From: Octopus vulgaris
Taxonomy: Eukaryota
NCBI GenBank assembly: GCA_951406725.2
Contig: OX597823.1
Location: 60,140,001 to 60,204,000, forward strand
DNA length: 64,000 bases
Reading direction: 5' to 3'
Made by a program: the position numbers and the translations under genes. Shown in pieces: positions 12,868-25,623 of the stretch; within the stretch, counting starts at the first letter, position 1, and each line of letters opens with the position of its first letter. The notes under the pieces were generated by a model. That model was not told the origin of the DNA. It saw only the letters and a list, made by a program, of their open reading frames with translations, and searched no databases.

Positions 12868-13100
12868 ATGGTTTCAAATTTTGGCTCAAGGCCAGCAATT
12901 TCGGAGAAGGGGATAAGTTGATTACAGTGATCCCCCCACCCAGTACTAAACTAGTACTTATTTTATCAACCCCAAAAAGATGAAAGGTAAAGTCGACCTT
13001 GGTGGTATTTGAACTCAGAACATAAAGAACTGGAAAAAATGATGCTAAGCCTTCTGTCCAGCATGGTAATAATTAACAAATCTGCTAACTTGTCACATTA
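12868..13100 (-). mobile_element. SINE family B
   Basis: GATGAAAGGTAAAGTCGACCTTGGTGGTATTTGAACTCAGAAC body shared with 36784-37017. Confidence 0.8.
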
Positions 13101-13127
13101 CACTCAAGAACAATAATAATAATAATA

Positions 13128-13343
13128 GTCCTTTCTACTAATGGAACAAGGCCTCAAAATTTTGGGGAAGGGGACAAGTCGATTACATTGACCCCCAGTG
13201 TTTCACTGGTACTTTATTTATTGACCCTGAAAGGATGAAAGGTAAAGTCGACCTTAGCAGAATTTGAACTCAGAACGTAGCAACAGGTGAAATACTACTA
13301 AGCACTTCGTCCAACATGTTAACAATTCTGCCAGCTCACCACC

Positions 13344-13344
<1 letters not shown>
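13128..13344 (-). mobile_element. SINE family B
   Basis: Colinear with 36784-37017. Confidence 0.85.
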
Positions 13345-13420
<76 letters not shown>

Positions 13421-13421
13421 T

Positions 13422-13952
13422 GAAGGTAAAGATGTCACCATCCTCTGGGATTTTCCAGTCAACACTGACAGAACGATCAAGGCTAATCGACCAGACATAA
13501 TTGTTAAAGACAGGGAAGAAAATACCTGCAGACTAATAGAAGTAAGCGTCCCCACTGATAAAAATGTATCTGTCAAGGAATTTGACAAACTTAGTAAATA
13601 TAAGGACCTGGAAATCGAAATACAGAGGATGTGGAATCTTAAAACAAAAACTGTTCCTGTTATTGTAGGTGCCCTAGGTATGATAAAAAAGGGATGTCAG
13701 AAACACCTAGACAATATCCCTGGAAAACCATGTCTCAAGGAAATCCAAAGATTGTGCTAACAAGTACTGCCCACATCCTTAGAAAAACCCTATCAATGTA
13801 AATGTTTGTGTTTGTATTACATGGAGATATTTCTCTACTTCCCCTCCCCAAGCTTTCAGCTATATTTCAACAACTCTTAACCTTCACTTGCCCTAGGGCG
13901 CTGGGTGTGCCCCGGCAGGTGATTGCATCAAACATGCAGATTAAAAGTAAAT
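13422..13952 (+). mobile_element. Second R4/Dong-like LINE 3' end in (AAT)n
   Basis: Translates to VTILWDFPVNTDRTIKANRPDIIVKDREENTCRLIEVSVPTDKNVSVKEFDKLSKYKDLEIEIQRMWNLK; 3' UTR differs from the 11-12 kb copy; (AAT)n on both sides. Confidence 0.88.
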
Positions 13953-13959
13953 GACAATG

Positions 13960-13992
<33 letters not shown>

Positions 13993-14905
13993 GTTTCAAA
14001 TTTTGCCACAAGAGCATAAATTCTTACATAAGCATGAGGCAAGAAATCTTTGGTGTGAGAGGAAACTTGAATCTTATTTACTTTTTATTGATCCCAGAAA
14101 GATTAAAAGCAAAGTTGATCTCAAAAAGGTTTGAATTCACAACCTAAAGATCCATCACAATTACCACAGGACAATTAATTTGACTGTCTAACAGTTCAGC
14201 CAAGTTACCCATGACACTAATAACAACACGCTACCCACCACACTAACAACAACAACAGCATTAATTACTACAGTACTTAGAACAAATTTGGAACTAATGA
14301 TACATATCAGAGAAGACTTTTTTTTTTCTCTTTTGCATATGTTGAAAATTTCATGCAATTATTTTCTTGTCATCTCTCTCCTTATCTTCATTCCCAATTA
14401 CAGTCTAGTCTATCTTACTGTTGTAATATTCATTGCTTATGCAACTGAATATATCTCAGTAATCAAGTTATAATCTTACACAGCTAATATAGACATGTTT
14501 TAGGAAGTCAGCACCTCATTTAGTGTATAAGCTGAAATCTACCCGTTGCATATGATCAGGGAAAAATCTGGAATTTTACAACATCAAAAAGTCGTTATTA
14601 AAAATAATTGCTCTGGTGATTGTGTTGATGTACCCAGGAGTTGGCATGGCCATGTCATTACGTTGTTCAGGTTTGCTACCTCATTTGTTCCAGGTTCAAT
14701 GCCACAGCATGGCCTTTTAGTCATGCATTCTTTATAGCCTCAAATTGGCCAATACCTTGTGAGTTAAATTCAGTTGATAGAAACTATCGAAAAGCCTATC
14801 ATATGTATATGCATACATATATGTGTATGTGTATGTATATATTCATATATATATATACACATATTCATATGTATATAGATATATATGTGTATATATATGT
14901 AAGTA

Positions 14906-14960
<55 letters not shown>

Positions 14961-14992
14961 GTATATATTACATATATATATGTATATATATA

Positions 14993-15300
14993 TAATTTAT
15001 ATATAGAGGGCATTATACATACATGCCAGCAGGCATTATACATACATGCCACACGCTAAGAGGGACAATTAGTCATTTCTACCATTTTTGGTAGAAATGA
15101 CTAATTGTCCCTCTTAGCGTGTGGCATGTATGTATAATGCCCGCTGTATGTATGTATAATGCCCTCTATATATAAATTAATATGTTCAATAAGAAATAAT
15201 TATTTTCGAAATTTATTCTCTTATGAGGTTTTCACGCTATCTACCTGACAATTTCTTGTTAAGTTTTCCTTATTAAGTAGTTGTCCTTAATTGCTAAATG
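14993..15300 (+). mobile_element. Fold-back element: ~90-bp inverted arms plus ~120-bp tail, in (TA)n
   Basis: Arms 14993-15084 and 15089-15179 around a TTTT loop; same architecture as 7700-8360. Confidence 0.7.
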
Positions 15301-15360
15301 TATATATATATATATATATAAGTATATATGTGTGTGTGTGTATATATATATATATGTATG

Positions 15361-15394
<34 letters not shown>

Positions 15395-16139
15395 TATGTG
15401 TGTGTGTATGTATATATGTGTGTGTGTGTGTGTGTGTGTGCATATGTATACACATACACATTAATATAAGAGAGATGATTAAGACAGTTGAAGAGAGAGG
15501 GAAAATATAGAGAAGGAATGAGACCTGAAAAGTTGAGGGGAAGATGAAAAGGGAAGAAAACGATAAAATGAAGGAGAGCAAAGGTAAAAGTAAAAGAAGG
15601 CAAACATGAAATAAAAAGAGTCTAAGAAGTAGAGTGGTGGAAGGAAAGAGATAAAATGAGAGATATAGAGGTGCACTGAGGTCAAGGAAGATAAACTAAA
15701 AGGAGAGGAAGAAGTAGGAGATGAAAAGAGATAACAGTAGAGGCAGACAGGAGTAAAACGATGGGTGAGAAAGAGGTGAAAAAAGAGGAAGAGAATAAAA
15801 AGAAGACATATAGAAAGTAGGAGGGAGAGTGATAAAGGAATTAAAAAGAGGAAGAAGGAACAGATAAAGTGAAGAGATTGAGTTAAAGTAAAGGAATGGA
15901 AAGAGGGTAGGAGTAGGAGAGAAGGAGATAAAATGATTAAGAAAAGATATAGGGAAGGAAAGGGGTGAGTTGAGGGAGAGTAAGAGATTAAAAAAGAGAT
16001 AGAAAGAGATTGAAAAAAAAGGGATGGTGAAAGAAAGGAAACCCATGCTAGCATGGAAAGCAGGCGTTAAATGATGATGGTGATGATATATATATGTATG
16101 TATATGTATATGCATATATATATATATATATATATATAC

Positions 16140-16285
16140 ATACAGAAAAACAAAGGATGAAGACAAGTGCATGAACAACAAACAGGTGTATTAGTCTGAT
16201 GCCCAGGAAAGCGAGAAAGTCTTTTATACTTCGAGCCTATGCTCTTCAACAGAATGGAATAATAGAAAATAAACACAGAGTACAT
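16140..16285 (-). mobile_element. Penelope-like 3' remnant with degenerate hammerhead (16221-16254)
   Basis: Minus strand TT-CTGTTGA-AGAGC-ATAG-GCTC-GAAG-TATAAAAG; homologous to 3340-3480. Confidence 0.55.
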
Positions 16286-16302
16286 ATACATACACACATA
16301 CA

Positions 16303-16372
<70 letters not shown>

Positions 16373-16468
16373 CATATATATATATACACATATATAGGAA
16401 ATAGTGGCACACCAAGGTGCCATTTTTTACTGAAAAATAATATTGTATTGTAATAATATTTATATTAT

Positions 16469-16499
<31 letters not shown>

Positions 16500-16520
16500 C
16501 ACACACACATACCTCCCCCC

Positions 16521-16629
<109 letters not shown>

Positions 16630-16631
16630 CT

Positions 16632-16792
16632 CATCATCATCGTCTGCGTCGTTTAACGTCTGTTTTCCATGCTGGCATGGGTTGGACGGTTTGACTGAGG
16701 TCTGGAAAGCCTGTGGCTGCACCAGACTCCAATCTGATCAGGCAATGTTTCTACAGCTGGATGCCTTCCTAACACCAAACACTTTACAGAGT
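16632..16792 (-). mobile_element. RTE 3' tail fragment
   Basis: (CAT)n..TTTAACGTCTGTTTTCCATGCTGGCATGGGTTGGACGG. Confidence 0.8.
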
Positions 16793-16877
16793 GAACTAGG
16801 AATAAGTGTTTAAAACAAAGCATTTATGATTAGTTCTGGAATTAGCATTTAAACCAACCCTATTAGGCCCAACTGAA

Positions 16878-17190
16878 GGTGCATGGCTTAGTGGTTAGGG
16901 CATTAAGCTCACTATTATAAGGTTGTGAGCTCAATTCCCGGTGATACATTGTGTCCTTGAGCAAGACACTTTATTACACATTGCTACAGTCCACTCAGCT
17001 GGTAAAAATGAGTAGGACCTGTTTTTCAAAGGGCTGGCTCTGTTTCACTTGTATTACGCAGTATCTCCCTGAGAACTACTTTAAGGGTACACATGTCTGT
17101 GGAGTGCTCAGCCACTTGCATGTTAATTTCACAAGCAGACTGTTCTGCTGATCAGATCAACTGGAAGCCCTGTTGTCACAACAAAATGTC
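16878..17190 (+). mobile_element. SINE family C (tRNA head)
   Basis: TGGCTTAGTGG A-box, GCTCAATTCC B-box, TGTGTCCTTGAGCAAGACACTT body. Confidence 0.75.
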
Positions 17191-17199
17191 AGTTATCAG

Positions 17200-17395
17200 G
17201 CCCAACCTGTTTTTTTTTTTTATATTCGAACTGGCCTGATCTGGTCTCTTACACACACCCTACAATGTCATCCTAAAGATAAGCAACCACATCATAGAAA
17301 ATTTAAAAGCTATGAGATAAGTCATGGTTAGTTCAAAACAATGTGAATAAATAAGCATTACATACAACAGAGAAATCTGACTGCTGAAGGGTTAA
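17200..17395 (-). mobile_element. TTAA-ended DNA transposon terminus
   Basis: Ends GAAGGG-TTAA; its reverse complement resembles 37817-37885 (TTAACCCC..CAGATT..TGTAATACTTATCTGTTCACATT). Confidence 0.5.
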
Positions 17396-17616
17396 ATCTT
17401 GTATTTTTGGGAGGTAAGAAAATCTAAAATTGATAATTATTTTCCTCATCATATGATCTTCTGAACACTTGGTCATTTAGAGGCGGTGTGAGAGGGAAAG
17501 AGAGAGAAGTAGAATTGGAAAGAAAATACAAGTTAAAAGTGAAATGAAATAAATCAGGAGAGAATGTAATAGCATTGATGGTGAGAAAATTACTGTTAGT
17601 GTGTGTGGGGGGATAT

Positions 17617-17659
<43 letters not shown>

Positions 17660-18959
17660 CTGATGACAACAAGAGAGTACAACAATGTTGATAAAGAATA
17701 CAAGGATAATAACGATGATAATGATGATAGTGGTGGCGGTGGTGATAATAATGATGATGATGATTATAATTGAGAGATATGATGATGATGATGATGATGA
17801 TGATGACATTAATGACCATCACAATAATGAAGAGGAGGAGGAAGTGGAGTGGAGGAGACAAAGACGAAGAAGAAGAAGAAGAAGAGGATTATCTACATGA
17901 GATTCCACATCACCCCGCCTCCCAGCACACCACACCACACCAATCGACGCTATTTTTCTCCCCACCACATCCCATTACAGGCTAAACCACAACCGATCCT
18001 GTTCGTATCAGACCTCCACTCCAATTTATACTGCTCCACATCACCCACACCTCCCATACCCACACAACTCCCATACTGCTCCCGTACTCTTCCACCCAAC
18101 ATCATCCCTCTTCATAACACTCCACACCACTCCATACCAATGAAGAATCACAGTCTTCATATATTTCATTCAAAGAATGATAAACCAGGGAAATGAAGAT
18201 TACAAGCAAGCAGAGAATGACTATTTTGATTCCTGTGATTTGTTTTATTGTTTTGTTTTTTAAAATTTTATTTTATATTCTACAATCTCATACATTCTAA
18301 TGACCAAAGACACACACACACACATACACGTGCACATGCATGCATACTGAAATGGCTATATTAGTAGTTTCATTAAAGCCGTTTAACAGAATTCCTGAAT
18401 CCAATAACGAGACAGAAATTCTAACACTGATTGTCTTTACTGTTCAATTAGTTTGAAAATCTTAATTACTCCGCTTCACTTTCGTTTTCACAAATATCCT
18501 ATTCTATCTCTTGATATTTATACGATTTCAATTAATTTAATATTAAATATTTTCTCATTTGATTCCATCCTTAATCCTGATAAGGCGAGTGTCTGTAAAT
18601 ATTACTTTGTATTTCTGAATGACAATCCTATCAAGAAATGTAAACCGACTCAGCAGTCTGTCAAAAACAAAGGAATCTTATTAATTGCTAAGCAAGCAGC
18701 TCTAATGCTTAAAGCAGTTACAAAGATTTGGTCAATCATTTGTGATTGTAGAAGATAAATTGACCATACGCACTAATACCAACCAGCTTTGTAGATAATA
18801 ATACATCTTCAAAACAAACGCAGTCTTGTGACTGATATTGGATTCTAGAATAGCAATGTCTGTCTTGGACACAACATCAAAACTGCATCTGTTTGGGTAG
18901 GCACCAGTTCAAAAATTCAGGTGTATTAAGAAGTGTTGAATTACTCCTAGTCACCCCCC

Positions 18960-19283
18960 CCCTACTCTCCAGGGGAGTAGGAGCAATTGCTTCAGAGAAT
19001 TCATCTACGAAGCAATTGCCCCAGCTCCCCTTCAGGGTTGGCAAAAGCGATGTGGTGGACAACGAAAAACCTATCTGATGGTAGTCAAGGCTGATCTGGA
19101 ACCCAACCTAGGCCCCCATATCTATGGCATTTGCCGCTGGAATAAGGTGTGGTTGGAGATCACGCGGTCGTTAGCCTCAAATCGCCAGGTCTGGTTGGTG
19201 TTTGTGAGAGATGCAGCATTGAGGATGAATGAAGCCAGCTCAACCCACCCCGGGTGAATGCTGTCTCAAGAAAAGAAGAAGAC
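18960..19283 (+). mobile_element. Short RTE-derived element: GC-rich hairpin plus RTE ORF C-terminus
   Basis: Hairpin GGGGAGTAGGAGCAATTGCTTC..GAAGCAATTGCCCCAGCTCCCC, followed by DLEPNLGPHIYGICRWNKVWLEITRSLASNRQVWLVFVRDAALRMNEASSTHPG* and an (AAG)n tail. Confidence 0.6.
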
Positions 19284-19297
19284 AGGTCCCCTCTATT

Positions 19298-19510
19298 CAT
19301 CATCATCTTCATCATCATCCTCATCATCATTTAACGTCTGTTTTCCATGTTGGCATGTGTTGGACAGTTTGACAGGAGCAGGCAAAGCAAAAGGCTGTGT
19401 CAGATTTCATTGTTTTGGCATGGTTTTTACAGCTTGATGCTCTTCCTAATGCCAACCACCTTATGAAGTGGACTGAGTGCTTTTTACATGACACTAGCAT
19501 TGGTGAGGTT
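19298..19510 (-). mobile_element. RTE 3' tail fragment
   Basis: (CAT)nTTAACGTCTGTTTTCCATGTTGGCATG. Confidence 0.75.
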
Positions 19511-19780
19511 TATAGTGAATGATCCAACAAGTTTGTGGAGAAACTGTTTGCATGAACCTGGTTCATGGGGCCCAATGTTGGGGCCTGTTAGGTTAAAGAA
19601 TATGAGACTTAGAGGAGTGTCTGGAACTGTACAGGTCTACTGGTATGTGGCCATACTCTGAAGATGTGTATACCAATCTCCCAACATTAGGATGAAATAG
19701 GTCCAATGCTTCACGTGTAAACTCAGGAGAACAGGAGACTGCAAAGTAACAGCAAATAAACCATTAGAATACAATTGGAA

Positions 19781-20173
19781 ACCACTGATGTATCTTTTCT
19801 GAGAAAAATCATGAACCTTCAGACTGTGGCATAAAAAAGCATTGACACTGATTAGCATGGCATATGAAAAAGAGAGAGAGAATAGGAGACAGAGAGACAG
19901 AGACAGACAGACAGAGCATAAAATACTTCTTTATGTACATTTCAGAATATGGGCAGTTGGTAAAAGGGACCACTGATGTATCTTTTCTGAGAAAAATCAT
20001 GAAACTTCAAACTGTGGCATAAAAAAAGTATTGACACTTGTTAGCAAGGCATATGAAAAAGAGAAAGAGAGAGACAGAGAGAGAGAGAGACAGAGAAAGA
20101 CAGACAGACAGACAGACAGAGCATAAAATACTTCTTTATGTACATTTCAGAATATGGGCAATTGGTAAAAGGG
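19781..20173. repeat. Tandem duplication (188 + 205 bp)
   Basis: ACCACTGATGTATCTTTTCTGAGAAAAATC...TTGGTAAAAGGG repeated at 19781 and 19969. Confidence 0.95.
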
Positions 20174-20344
20174 AACATGAATAAGACTAAAACTTTTTAT
20201 GTAATGGATACCTATCTGAGGAAAATCTACTGCATAAATAACATGATCTAATGAAGAATTGATCTAATGAAGAATTGACTGAAGAGTTATATGGTAAAAA
20301 AATGGTTGTAATAGTGTGACCCTTGAAATATAACATCAGCAGCC

Positions 20345-20760
20345 CAGTTCAGAAGAGGCCTTGATCCAGCTGGTTTCCTATCACAATTGAAGCTAGTTGG
20401 TCCTGATTATGGGGTTGGTAATTACTCCGGTGGAATAACTCTCTTTCCATATGAGGGAGGCAGATCCCTAATCTGTGATGTGACATGCAGTGACACATTC
20501 TCCAATCTCACTGCATTGGTTGCAAACTCAGGTATTGCCTTCTATAATGCAGAGAAGAGAAAAGTAAATAGATACAGGGGTCTGACCAACTGCTCTCAGT
20601 TTGTACCTGTCACTGTTAAGACTTCAGGTGTTCTTGGACCTCACACTACCATTTCCCTGCCCAAAATTGGTTTAACAGCAGTTTGTCTGAGAAACAAGCC
20701 CAACAAGTAGCTGCTGCAATGAGTGTCAATGGCCACTCTCTGTGGCAATGCCATTGTGGT
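20345..20760 (+). pseudogene. Old CRE-like non-LTR retrotransposon RLE-domain fragment
   Basis: GITLFPYEGGRSLICDVTCSDTF...AEKRKVNRY...FVPVTVKTSGVLGP resembles the DGLTLxPWxxGxxLxWDVTxxDT / AExxKxxKY / FVPxAVETxGxxG pattern. Confidence 0.65.
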
Positions 20761-21585
20761 CATGATCATGCGGTGTGGCTGAGCATGAGAGTGATAGTGG
20801 TAGTGGGTGGTGGTGGTGGTGGTGATAGTGGTCAGTGGTCAATAATGGTAATGGTGGTGCTATTGCCGCTGGTGGTGATGATGACAATGAGAAAGTTATA
20901 ATTACAATGGTTGAGTGAGTAAGCTACTGGACTATGTCACAGGTGAGCAATTAGTGTTGTTAGTCAACACACTTAGCTGTAAAAGAAAAAACAGCAATTC
21001 TAAAACAATTTTATTCATTAAACATATCTTTCTTTTAAGACAGCGAGCTTGCTGAAACGTTAGCATGCTAGGCAGGCCAACACCTATCAGGAAGACATGT
21101 GCAAGAAAAAGATCCCAGTGGGATCAAGACTCTGATAAGAAAGGATTGGGTAAGGTGATTTATGTGAAGTTAAGAATAGCGAAATAACAAAAAGGGTAAC
21201 AAGATTGGGAGAGAGAAGTTGATTGGTTATGCCTGAATAAAGGGAGTGTGAAACCAGCCACCTCTGTGGTACCTGTTTGAGCTGCTCGATTACATTTTGG
21301 TTGTTTGCTGAATTTTTCTTGAGAACATTTCTTAGTGGTAAGACCATAGCAGATCTACTTCTAGCATAAGGGCATCCACATAGTGGTTTCCCTCTCATAT
21401 GTATATATATATATATATATGAGAGGGTCATCCCTCTTATATGTATGTAATAATAATTTTTCTGAATCTTCAGATTTTTCTATATGCTAGAACACTGGTT
21501 TTAAATTGATATTAAATCAAATTAATATTCAGTTTTTTCACACTTATCATTTTAAAAACACATATATATATATATATATATATAT

Positions 21586-21905
21586 GCTAAGACCCCCTTC
21601 GGTCATGACTGACCATGGGATTGCACCTAGAAAGTTACCGTAACAGGCACAAGTCCGGGCCAGTAGTTGCCCATGCATACCAGCTTCCCCTCTCCACACC
21701 ACTGATGTTAACCAAGGGAAAGGCAAAGGGGCCAATACAGCTTGGCACAGTGACGTTGCAACTCACTTCTACAGCTGAGTGAACTGGAGCAACAAGAAAT
21801 AAAGTGTCTTGCTCAAGAACACAACACGCAGCCTGGTCCAGGATTTGAGCTCACAACCTCACGATCATAAGCTTGATGCTCTAACCACTGAGCCATGTGC
21901 CTTCA
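21586..21905 (-). mobile_element. tRNA-derived SINE (C-type head, distinct 3' part)
   Basis: Minus strand TGGCTCAGTGGTTAGAGC..GAGCTCAAATCC..TTCTTGAGCAAGACACTT. Confidence 0.8.
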
Positions 21906-21917
21906 CTATATATATAT

Positions 21918-22288
21918 CATCATCATCATCATTTAGCGTCCGCTTTCCATGCTTTCAACTGGGGTCTGTGAAGGCTGCATCAGGCCCAGTCTGATCTGGC
22001 AGTGTTTCTATGGCTGGATGCCCTTCCTAACGCCAACCACTCCGTGAGTATAGTGGGTGCTTTTTACGTGCCACCCGCACAGGTGCCAGACGGAGCTGGC
22101 AAACGGCCACGGACGGATGGCGCTTTTTACGTGCCACCGGCACGGGGGCCAGGTGAGGCTGGCAACAGCCACGAACGGATGATGCTTTTTATCGGAGGCC
22201 AGTCGGAGCGGCGCTGGCAACGGCCACGATCGGATGGTTCGCTTACTTGTCACAGGCACTCGTATCACAGCTGCAATTACCATTGATG

Positions 22289-22290
<2 letters not shown>
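21918..22290 (-). mobile_element. RTE 3' UTR fragment with ~60-bp internal subrepeats
   Basis: Matches 23302-23785. Confidence 0.85.
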
Positions 22291-22321
<31 letters not shown>

Positions 22322-22325
<4 letters not shown>

Positions 22326-22945
22326 CAGAGACAGAGAGACTATTTCCATGCATGTTGAAAGATAAATGCTTTAATGAAACATATATACTTCACTTTGATA
22401 CATAAAAAGCTATCAGCAGGCAAGATGAACAGAATAATTATGTTTTAATTACTGTCAGTTAATAGCATACTATAGTTTTGTGTTTAACTCACAAATTAAA
22501 TAAATTAATTTTTAAAACATTAATTTAATTTAAATCTGTCAAGTACGACCTCCTTCAGGACTATTCCTCCATATTTACAAAAAAAAAAAAAATAGGAATA
22601 ATTTTTAAAATATTATCTTATTCATCTGCACCCATTCGAATTTCAAGGGATATAATTATTTCAAAACAAGTGTGAACGAAAGCTAAAACTTGAAGGGATA
22701 GTGTTGAAGAATGTCATACTTGAGAAATTTGAATTAAATTAATTTTTTTTTAAAATTAATTTATTTAGGTGGTAAGTTAAACCCAAAACTATAGTACACT
22801 ATTAACTCACAGTAATTCTTTTAAAATTATTCTGTTTGTCTCACCTGCTGGCAGCTTTTTTTTGTATCAAGGTGAATTATAGATGTTTCATTAAAGCATC
22901 TATTTTTTTCAATATGCAAGGAAATCGTCGTTTCTATCTCCCTCT
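22322..22945. repeat. Old imperfect inverted repeat (~250-bp arms, ~120-bp spacer)
   Basis: ATGCTTTAATGAAACAT/ATGTTTCATTAAAGCAT, TACTATAGTTTTG/CAAAACTATAGTA and TCAAGTACGAC/GTCATACTTGA pair in nested order. Confidence 0.85.
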
Positions 22946-23049
22946 GTTTTTTTTTTTTTTAGATAATGATGATATTTGAATTTGCTGCCAGTCAGAAGCA
23001 TGTGGAAAATTGATAAGGAAGTTTAGCTTTCTTTCACTCTTGTTTTGAA

Positions 23050-23179
<130 letters not shown>

Positions 23180-23187
23180 GTATATAT

Positions 23188-23243
<56 letters not shown>

Positions 23244-23584
23244 GTATATATATATGTATATATATATATATGTATATGTATGTATATATATATATATATA
23301 TCATCATCATCATCATCATCATCATTTAACGTCCGCTTTCCATGCTAGCATGGGTTGGACGGTTCAACTGGGGTCTGGGGAGCCCGAAAGCTGCACCAGT
23401 CCAGTCAGATCTGGCAGTGTTTCACAGCTGGATGCCCTTCCTAACGCCAACCACTCCGAGAGTGTAGTGGGTGATTTTATGTGCCACCAACAGGTGCCAG
23501 ACGAGGCTGGCAAATGGCCACGCTCGGATGGTGTTTTTATGTGCCACCGACACAGGTGCCAGATGAGGCTGGCAGACGGCCACG

Positions 23585-25623
23585 CTCGGATGGTGTTTTT
23601 ATGTGCCACCGACACAGGTGCCAGATGAGGCTGGCAAACGGCCACGATCGGATTGTGTTTGTTACGTGCCCACAGCACGGAGGCCAGTCGATGCGGTACT
23701 GGCTATGGCCACGTTCGGATGGTTTTCTTGTGTGCCACGTGCCACCGGCACTGGTACCACAAAGATACAAATTCCATTGATGTTCATCTATTTTGATTTG
23801 TTTTGATTTTCACTTGCCTCAACAGGTCTTCACAAGTGTCACAAGAAGGAAGGTATGCACAGGTGGACTGACTACGTCCCAGGTAGAGGCCACAGGTTAT
23901 GGCCTGACTAGTCTTGCCAGGTCTTCGGATGGTGTTTTTATGTGCCACCGACACAGGTGCCAGATGAGGCTGGCGAACGGCCACGATCGGATGGTGTTTG
24001 TTACGTGCCCACAGCACGGAGGCCAGTCGGTGCAGTACTAGCTACGGCCACGTTCGGATGGTTTTCTTGTGTGCCACCGGTACTGGTACCACAAAGATAC
24101 AAATTCCATTGATGTTCATCTATTTTGATTTGTTTTGATTTGATTTTGATTTTGATTTTCACTTGCCTCAACAGGCCTTCACAAGTATCACAAGGAGGAA
24201 GGTATGCACAGGTGGACTGACTACGTCCCAGGTAGGGGCCATGGGATATGGCCTGACTAGTCTTGCCGGGTCTTCGGATGGTGTTTTTATGTGCCACCGA
24301 CACAGGTGCTAGATGAGGCTGGTGAACGGCCACGATCGGATGGTGTTTGTTATGTGCCCACAGCACGATGGCCAGTCAATGCGGTACTGACTACGGCCAC
24401 GTTCGGATGGATTTCTTGTGTGCCACAGGCACTGGTACCACAAAGATACAAGTTCCATTGATGTTCATCTATTTTGATTTGATTTGATTTGATTTTCACT
24501 TGCCTCAACAGGTCTTCACAAGTGTCACAAGAAGGAAGGTATGCACAGGTGGACTGACTAGTCTTGCCGGGTCTTCGGAAGGTGTTTTTATGTGCCACCG
24601 ACACAGGTGCCAGATGAGGTTGGCGAACGGCCATGATCGGATGGTGTTTGTTACGTGCCCACAGCACAGAGGCCAGTCGATGCGGAACTGGCTACGGCCA
24701 CGTTCGGATGGTTTTCTTGTGTGCCACCGGCACTGGTACCACATAGTGTGTGCCGCCGGCACTGGTACCACAAAGATACAGATTCCATTGATGTTCATCT
24801 ATTTTGATTTGTTTTGATTTTCACTTGCCTCAACAGGTCTTCACAAGTGTCCCAAGAAGGAAGGTATGCACAGGTGGACTGACTACGTCCCAGGTAGGGG
24901 CCATGGGTTATGGCCTGACTAGTCTTGCCGGGTCTTCGGATGGTGTTTTTATGTGCCACTGACACAGGTGCTAGATGAGGCTGGCGAATGGCCACGATCG
25001 GATGGTGTTTGTCATGTGCCCACAGCACGGAGGCCAGTCGATGCGGTACTGGCTACGGCCACTTTCGGATGGTTTTCTCTTGTGTGCCACCGGCACTGGT
25101 ACCACAAAGATACAAATTCCATTGATGTTCATCTATTTTGATTTGTTTTGATTTGATTTTGATTTTGATTTTCACTTGCCTCAACAGGCCTTCACAAGTA
25201 TCACAAGGAGGAAGGTATGCACAGGTGGACTGACTACGTCCCAGGTAGGGGCCATGGGTTATGGCCTGACTAGTCTTGCCGGGTCTTCGGATGGTGTTTT
25301 TATGTGCCACCGACACAGGTGCTAGATGAGGCTGGCGAACGGCCACGATCGGATGGTGTTTGTTATGTGCCCACAGCACGATGGCCAGTGATGCGGTACT
25401 GACTACGGCCACGTTCGGATGGATTCTTGTGTGCCACCGGCACTGGTACCACAAAGATACAAATTCCATTGATGTTCATCTATTTTGATTTGTTTTGATT
25501 TTTTGATTTTCACTTGCCTCAACAGGTTTTCACAAGTGTCACAAGAAGGAAGGTATGCACAGGTGGATCGACTACGTCCCAGGTAGGGGCCACGGGATAT
25601 GGCCTGACTAGTCCTGCCGGGTC
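23585..25623 (-). repeat. Tandem array of six ~300-360-bp RTE 3' UTR units
   Basis: Recurrent junction GACTAGTCTTGCC(G/A)GGTCTT|CGGA(T/A)GGTG near 23925, 24275, 24575, 24935 and 25287. Confidence 0.95.

Noticed and set aside
15470-16040. 191-aa and 161-aa hydrophobic ORFs resembling membrane proteins
   Set aside because: They arise from a purine/pyrimidine strand-biased low-complexity tract
18453-18758. 101-aa ORF in non-repetitive sequence
   Set aside because: No recognisable domain or clear splice signals, and it starts at TTG; cannot be supported as coding
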